Assembly: GCA_973895155.1 (NCBI GenBank)
Contig: OZ316898.1
Location: 18,983,292-19,047,291 of the forward strand
Direction: 5' to 3'
DNA: 64,000 bases
Origin: Marsupella aquatica
Taxonomy: Eukaryota; Plantae; Marchantiophyta
Below, in pieces: positions 62,828 through 64,000 of this stretch. Made by a program: the position numbers and the translations under genes. Numbering within the stretch: the stretch's first letter is position 1; each line of letters begins with the position of its first letter. The notes below the pieces were generated by a model. The model ran no database searches. It saw nothing but the letters and a program-made list of their open reading frames with translations, and was not told where the DNA came from.

Positions 62828-64000
62828 CATTCTTCTCATGTTGGTCAGAATATATAGCGCCCACGTTGTCCTCTTCATTTTGCCATAGGTCAATCAGATT
62901 GCAAGGCAGCAAATTCTCCGAGAAGTGGACCGGGATCGGTCGAACCATGCAGAATGCCAATCCGGGCCAATCACGACAGCATCTGTCTGAAGACGATTGA
63001 GCCCACTCACACAAGTAACTGTCGTTCAAGCTGTTGTGCCTCGATTGATACTTTCACGGCTATCCTGGACGTCATGAAAATCGGGACTAACTCGCTTAAC
63101 TGGTTATCGTTTCGGACCGTTCCTTGAAGATGAAGACCCTGTGTGGTCGCCCGCGTGGTCGTTCATACCTTGAGATCAAGCCAACATGATGTGCGTTCTG
63201 CAGACTCAAATTTTCGACTCATGAGTGGTTTGTATACAAAACAGTGGATACCATCAATGTTGCAACAGCTGTAGGAGATGTACAAAATTTGTTGTTTCCA
63301 TTCGGTACACATATATGCCAAGTTGTGGACAGAGAGGTTCGAAACAAAACATGGGGCATTCGCATGGGCCTGGAGCTCCTGCTCATCACTCTTGTGACGA
63401 ATATGTGACGATCAAAACTTCATGAGGTAGGTGGGTACAGCAGGTAGGCAGGCAGGTAGGTGCCCTCCAGTATGTCTTCCAGGATCTCCCAGCGGAAGGT
63501 AAGAGGTCATAAAACTTTGAACGGTTTCATAATCTTTACTCCTTGACAGACTCGTTATGCGACTATATCTGCAAGAGCTTAACGAAATTCATTCACTCAT
63601 ACTCAGGCCAGGCCCTTGCAAAATACATTACAGATCATGGAAGTGAAGTACTTGACCACGTGGAACACCGTTTCTTTGCAGTAAACTAGAACTTTATCAC
63701 CCTACTGCACATGGATGATGATCCCTGTCCGGACCGACTGCCGCAGACAACTACCTTCCTTCCTTCCAAATTCTGTCCCTGCGATGAATCACAATGCCGG
63801 TACCTCCGCCGGGATATCTTTCCTCACTCATCTCGATGCCGTGCGACGAAGGCACATTAAGGATTTTCTAGTTCGGCCCGGAGAAAGATCATTTGTTTGT
63901 TCAGACGCGTAACAATTATCGTCTTTAATTTGCAGGTGCTTTGAGATTTGATGCAATCCAGTCTCTAGCCGGCCAAAATTTAGCACATCTTGGCCCACCT

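Overview
Eukaryotic land-plant nuclear DNA with GT-AG introns and plant gene families; a bryophyte or liverwort origin is my inference and is not demonstrated. Seven protein-coding genes can be assembled by hand with consistent exon phases: an intronless SPX phosphate sensor (-), SAICAR synthetase PUR7 (-, 12 exons), a FLIP/MEICA1/FIRRM-like DUF4487 gene (+, 7 exons), an RBL14/RHBDL4-like rhomboid (+), an intronless ankyrin-repeat gene (+), a PUX8/9/13-like UBX protein (+, 11 exons) and an NPF/PTR transporter (-, 6 exons). Intergenic DNA is largely decayed transposons (Helitron, hAT-like, foldback MITEs, probable solo LTR, LINE/SINE remnants) and short tandem duplications. The most unusual observations are: (1) the divergent PUR7 and FLIP genes start with mirror-image copies of the same ~275-bp promoter/leader, including a shared uORF N-terminus; (2) the SPX gene is bracketed by two P1BS clusters, the downstream one built from a repeat array, and has uORFs, an NLS-like insert and no C-terminal tail; (3) the NPF lacks both the ExxER/K motif and the TM4 lysine. 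All calls were read by eye; no database searches were run.
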